This document shows positions 59,757 through 64,000 of a stretch of 64,000 nt of DNA, in pieces. The position numbers and the translations under genes are program-made. This DNA is from Spirochaetia bacterium (GTDB lineage Bacteria > Spirochaetota > Spirochaetia > SZUA-6 > Bin103), in the NCBI GenBank assembly GCA_965203905.1, contig CBDBDQ010000005.1:352001-416000 (forward strand). The letters run 5' to 3'. How positions within the stretch are numbered: position 1 is the stretch's first letter; every line of letters starts with the position of its first letter. Under the pieces are notes generated by a model. That model had not been told where the DNA came from. It worked only from the letters and a program-made list of their open reading frames with translations, and did not search any database.

Positions 59757-61775
59757 TTACTCGAGGTACCACAGCCAGGGCCGGCCGTTGTCGCCGCGGT
59801 TCCACATGGCGAACTCGGTCGGGATGTTGCGCAGATCGGGGTTGTAGGTCACCACGAACCCGCCCGGGCTGAGGATGCCGATCACCCACAACGTGTCGGC
59901 CGCGATGTCGGTGATGGTCTTGAACTGCGCCTTGCGCTCCTCGGGGTCGAAGGAGTTCAGGATCACCTGGTACGCCTCCCACACCTGCAGCAACTCGGGG
60001 ATCGGCTGCTCGCCGGTCTCTCCGTTGCTGCGCAGCCACCAGTTCCACTGCGGCGCCCAGAACGTCACCGGACAGGGTATGCCGAGCTGGCACGAGAACT
60101 GCGGGACGCCCTCGTTGCCGAACCAGGTAAAGCCGTTGATGAACACGTCGATCTCGTTGTTCTTGACCAGCTCCTGGCCGTGCCCCCACTCCACCATGCG
60201 GATGGTGGTGAACAGCCCCACCTCCTTGAGGTTGTCGACGATGATCTCGGCGGTCTTGTCGAGCGCCCAGGGGATCATGCTGATCATGTTGAGCTCCAGG
60301 CGGGTGCCGTCGGGGCGCAGCCGCCAGTTGTCCGCGTCACGCTGGTCGAGTCCGGCCGCATCCAGCAGCTCGTTGGCCTTGGCCTGGTCGAACTCGATGG
60401 CGGTGGTGCACAGCCGTTCGTTGTAGTAGGGGGAGCGCTCGCTCTCGCACGCCTGCTGCGGTTCCAGCATGCCGCTGTAGACCAGCTCGTTGAGCAACTC
60501 GCGATTGATGGCGTGCGACACGCCGAAGCGGAAGCTCTTGTTCTGGAAGATCTCTCTCGTCACGGGATCGGGCGCGGTGAGGTTGAACTCGATGGTGGCC
60601 ATGTTGTACTGCGAGTGCGCCCAGCGGGTGACCTTGATCTTGCCGCCGCTCTCCTCCTGCTTGGCCACCGGGAAGAAGTCCAGCGCGCCGGTGGCGAACA
60701 TGTCGTCCTGGCCGGCCAGGGCGCGCAGCTTGGCGGTCTCGATGTCGGCCACCACCTCTTTCCGCACGATGTCGAAGTAGGGAAGCTGGTTGCCGGCGAT
60801 GTCCACGGCGTGGAAGTAGGGGTTGCGGTGGTAGATCTCGGTCTTGGCCGGTGCCCCCTGGATCAGCATCCACGGGGTCATGACCGGCTTGTCGACGTTG
60901 GCGTTCTGGCTCCAGCGGTTGGTCTTGTTCTCCAGCAGGTCGACCCAGCCGGTGAACCCGCCCTCCTTGATGAGCGCCGCCAGCTCGTCCGCGTCCGCGT
61001 AGTCGGGATGGAACTGCTTCAGGTACTCCTTGGGATAGAGCGGCGGCAGGGTCATCAGGTCCTCGACGTTCTCCTCCAGGTGGTAGGGAGCGTCGGCGAC
61101 GATCTTCCAGGTGATGTCGTCCACCGCTTCGAACACCAGCGGCGCGCCGCCGGTCAACAGCACGTAGTTGGTCTGCGGCTGGAACTCCTTGTTGTTGGCC
61201 AGGTCGTCGTACCAGAACATCACGTCGCCGGTGGACCATGGGGTTCCGTCCGACCACTTGAGGCCGCGGCGCATGGTGATGATCCAGGTCTTGCCGCCGT
61301 CCGGCGACTCGAACGACTCCGCCAGGTTTGGAAAGATGTTCTGGGTGTACTCCTTCTCGGCGCTGATGAAGTGCTGCTTCTCGGCGCTGGTCGGCCCCAT
61401 GTAGGGGGTCCAGGAGTTGATCTGCAGGGTGCCGCCGTACTTGCCGATGCTCCTGTCCGTGGAGAACGGGAGTTGCACCAACGGCTGCTCGGGAAGCCGC
61501 TCCTCCACCGGCGGCAGCTTGCCCTCGGCCACCAGCGCCGCCGTCATCGGCGACTCATTGTACTGCGCGATGGTGCGGCCGGTAAGGCGTTCGAATTCCG
61601 CCACCGTGAAGTAGGTGTCACGGTCGAGGCCCGCGAAGTCCGCCGTTGGCGCGGCGGCCTCCGGGCCGGCCGTGGATGCGGCGCCCTCGGACTCCCCTCC
61701 CGCACTGACCGCTACTGCGGCCAGAACCAGGAATGCCGACGCGATGAGACAGATGCCTGCTGCGGATCGATTCAT
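59757..61775 (-). CDS. ABC solute-binding protein, family 5
   Basis: YNESPM, LPPVEERLP, KWSDG, GNQLPYFD; RBS GAGGAGG. Confidence 0.92.
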   Translation of the reverse strand: MNRSAAGICLIASAFLVLAAVAVSAGGESEGAASTAGPEAAAPTADFAGLDRDTYFTVAEFERLTGRTIAQYNESPMTAALVAEGKLPPVEERLPEQPLVQLPFSTDRSIGKYGGTLQINSWTPYMGPTSAEKQHFISAEKEYTQNIFPNLAESFESPDGGKTWIITMRRGLKWSDGTPWSTGDVMFWYDDLANNKEFQPQTNYVLLTGGAPLVFEAVDDITWKIVADAPYHLEENVEDLMTLPPLYPKEYLKQFHPDYADADELAALIKEGGFTGWVDLLENKTNRWSQNANVDKPVMTPWMLIQGAPAKTEIYHRNPYFHAVDIAGNQLPYFDIVRKEVVADIETAKLRALAGQDDMFATGALDFFPVAKQEESGGKIKVTRWAHSQYNMATIEFNLTAPDPVTREIFQNKSFRFGVSHAINRELLNELVYSGMLEPQQACESERSPYYNERLCTTAIEFDQAKANELLDAAGLDQRDADNWRLRPDGTRLELNMISMIPWALDKTAEIIVDNLKEVGLFTTIRMVEWGHGQELVKNNEIDVFINGFTWFGNEGVPQFSCQLGIPCPVTFWAPQWNWWLRSNGETGEQPIPELLQVWEAYQVILNSFDPEERKAQFKTITDIAADTLWVIGILSPGGFVVTYNPDLRNIPTEFAMWNRGDNGRPWLWYLE

Positions 61776-61974
61776 GACGATCCTCCTCGCCTTGGTATAC
61801 CTGCCACCCGGCAGGTGTGCCGCGCGCCCCGGCTCGCCGTGCATTACGGCCTCGCCGTCCGGTCACGCAGCGTAGTCCCCATTCAGTACCGAACCGCCGC
61901 TCCTGTCAAATGAGTGTCGCGCGCCGCACGCACAGTGCGCACGGCAGGTCTTGGCGTAGCGCACTTCTGGCGAA

Positions 61975-62085
61975 CGCCATGGTGGACTCGGTATCGCGCG
62001 GCCCAGACCAGATAGCTGACGATCAGCTTGCTATCGGTATACAGCGCCGTGAACGTCCAAGCGTCGCCAGCTTGCTGCGGCACGG
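61975..62085 (-). mobile_element. IS1-like DDE transposase fragment
   Basis: GDAWTFTALYTDSKLIVSYLV resembles the DDE strand region of IS1-type transposases. Confidence 0.5.
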
Positions 62086-62173
62086 CCTCCGCGCTCCGTA
62101 CTTACCCTCCTCCGCTCGAGAGCAGCCGCGCAAGCCCCACTCCGATAGCGCCAGCTATTCCCATGCCTGAAAG

Positions 62174-62257
62174 GACTGGTCCGAAAGTGGCGGCCACCCT
62201 GCACTGCCCCATGCGCCGTTTTCATGGTCTTCCGTGTCACGGAGTGACCGTGGTGAC
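62174..62257 (+). repeat. Dispersed 84-bp repeat, copy 2
   Basis: GACTGGTCCGAAAGTGGCGGCCACC...GTCACGGAGTGACC; inverted relative to copy 1. Confidence 0.85.
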
Positions 62258-62292
62258 TCCCCCGAGAACCCACGCCTTCGTGGCGGTATGGT

Positions 62293-62564
62293 TCAGCCGT
62301 TCCCTGATGCCAGCGAGATCCACCTGACGAGCTTCTCTACGAGGTCGGACGGGCCCACACCGTCATAGTACTGTGCAGACACGACTATCCCGCTCTTGGT
62401 TTCCATCCCTATTCCGAGATCCTTCACGACATCCGAACTGGACACGCGCGGGCTTTTACGAACCAGACGCCTGCTGCAGCTTTCGAGCGGCTCTGGTCGT
62501 CGAACACCCTTGCTACCTCCGAGTCAAGGGGCTCCCCCGTAGCGATCACGACATAGACTGACAT
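62293..62564 (-). pseudogene. Small hypothetical gene with a frameshift
   Basis: MSVYVVIATG...GVWFVK, then in another frame VSSSDVVKDLG..GIVVSAQYYDG..LVEKLVRW. Confidence 0.35.
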
Positions 62565-63010
62565 CGTCTTACAGTATATCTCTCCGGTCTCTCGCCGTCG
62601 AAGTCAGGAACAGGGCCATCACATGCTGAACGACGTCTGAATCCCGTGTCGGCGGGTGATGTTCTAAGATCGCGTGCAGGGTGCGTAGTTCGTTCGCTGT
62701 ACGACGTGTCCAGAAAAGCGGGTTGCCGCCCACCTGCAACGCCGGTCTCCACGATGCGTTGCTTCCATGTCGGTGCCGCGCTGCAGGATTCTGTGAGAAG
62801 GTGCCAAAAAAGTGCGCTGAGCACTTGACGGGTTTGGCGCTGCTCGTAACGGCCCCCTGCCGCACGTTCGGGCCCCTCCGACCCTTCGAATATCCCGCCA
62901 CGCCCTCCAGGCCCTCCAGCACCCCGCCAGCGCCGGCCTGCACTCTTCCAGGTGCCCGTCCCGGGACTTGCAGAAACCGGTCATTTCTCAACCATGATTA
63001 TATTTACGCC

Positions 63011-64000
63011 ATGGCTGCCGCGACCAGCTTCGCCTCCTCGCTCTCCGGGCTCCCCGACCAGGTGCTGCTGGCGCACACCAGGTTCCTCGTCCTGCACGAG
63101 CAGGCACTGCAGCTCGCCGTCCTCGACCACCTGCGCGAGATCCACGCCCGCCACCTCCACCTGCGCCTCGGGTTCTCCAGCCTGTTCGACTACGCCGTGC
63201 GCGAGCTGGGCTACAGCGAAGGTGCCGCCTGGCGCCGTATCAAGGCTATGCGCCTGTGCTCCGATACCGCCGGGACACGCGAGCGGCTGCAGGACGGCTC
63301 GCTCACCCTGAGCGCGGCGGCGCAGTTGCAGAACACCTTCGATCTCCTGCAGCGCACGGCGACCGCCGCCGCGGACCCCGGCGAGGCACCCGCGGCAGCG
63401 GAGCTGCTGCCGGGCGGCACGGGGTCGGCGCCGGAGGCGGGGGCTGCGGGGACCGCGGCAGCGGCGGCAGCGCGACCGGTGCCGGCGCTCGACGCGGCGC
63501 AGCGGCAGGAGCTGGTGGCGCAGGCGAGCGGCAAGAGCACCCGCGAGGTGAAGCAGTTGTTGGCCGGGGTGGCTCCCGAGCTGGCGCGCCCGGCCGATCG
63601 CATGCGGGCGCTGGGCGAGGGCCGCTGGGAGTTGAAGGTGGTGATCGACTCTGCCTGTCAGTGCGGGATCGAGCAGCTACGGGCACTGCTGTCGCACGTG
63701 GACCCGCACCTGACGCTGGGGCAGCTGGTGGAGCGGCTGGTGCATGACGGCCTGCAGCGCTACGACCCGGGGCGACCGCCGCGCGGGCGCAGAGGTGGGC
63801 GCCGGGAGGCAAGCGCGGGCCAGGCGCCGGAGCCGCAGGCGCAGCAAGGGCCGGCGCGCGGGGCGGCTTCGCCGGCGAAGCGGGGCGTGCAAGAGCAACC
63901 CGGAGTGCCGGCGCCGCCGGAGGGCACTAGCGCCGGTGGCAGCGCCCCGGCGCCGGCAGCGCTGCCAGCAGCGGAATGTGCGCGCGGGATTGGCGGCGCC
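63011..64000 (+). CDS. DUF222-like / HNH-endonuclease family protein, N-terminal part (cut by the window edge)
   Basis: Open frame from ATG 63011: VLDHLREIHAR..GFSSLFDYAVRELGYSEGAAWRRI..GKSTREV..LLSHVDP; the HNH motif itself is not in the window. Confidence 0.68.
   Translation, partial: MAAATSFASSLSGLPDQVLLAHTRFLVLHEQALQLAVLDHLREIHARHLHLRLGFSSLFDYAVRELGYSEGAAWRRIKAMRLCSDTAGTRERLQDGSLTLSAAAQLQNTFDLLQRTATAAADPGEAPAAAELLPGGTGSAPEAGAAGTAAAAAARPVPALDAAQRQELVAQASGKSTREVKQLLAGVAPELARPADRMRALGEGRWELKVVIDSACQCGIEQLRALLSHVDPHLTLGQLVERLVHDGLQRYDPGRPPRGRRGGRREASAGQAPEPQAQQGPARGAASPAKRGVQEQPGVPAPPEGTSAGGSAPAPAALPAAECARGIGGA

Overview
High-GC bacterial accessory region dominated by nutrient scavenging. 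It holds at least seven ABC importer clusters (carbohydrate CUT1-type and peptide/Dpp-type), none with an ATPase gene. Catabolic genes include two Asp-box sialidase-like proteins, a sulfatase, GH127-like hydrolases, five PhyH-family and one TauD-family Fe/2OG oxygenases, and a dehydratase, aldolases and dehydrogenases. Also present are proS, three type II toxin-antitoxin loci, an ABC-ATPase/TOPRIM-like pair, a two-component cluster with an orphan binding protein, a 33-bp tandem-repeat membrane protein and a DUF222/HNH-type ORF cut by the right edge. The 'xAGG-E' binding-protein signal ends and the PhyH/sulfatase expansion suggest a Spirochaetia-like host-associated (e.g. sponge) symbiont, which is inference only. 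No rRNA, tRNA or CRISPR array was seen. The most notable observations are a PhyH-fold enzyme with HxG in place of the HxD iron motif (halogenase-like), helically phased short repeat arrays abutting sigma70 promoters, an 84-bp inverted dispersed repeat bracketing about 13.5 kb, a possible hybrid Dpp/CUT1 transporter, and many genes with clean internal deletions. All family assignments come from motif recognition by eye; no database search was run.
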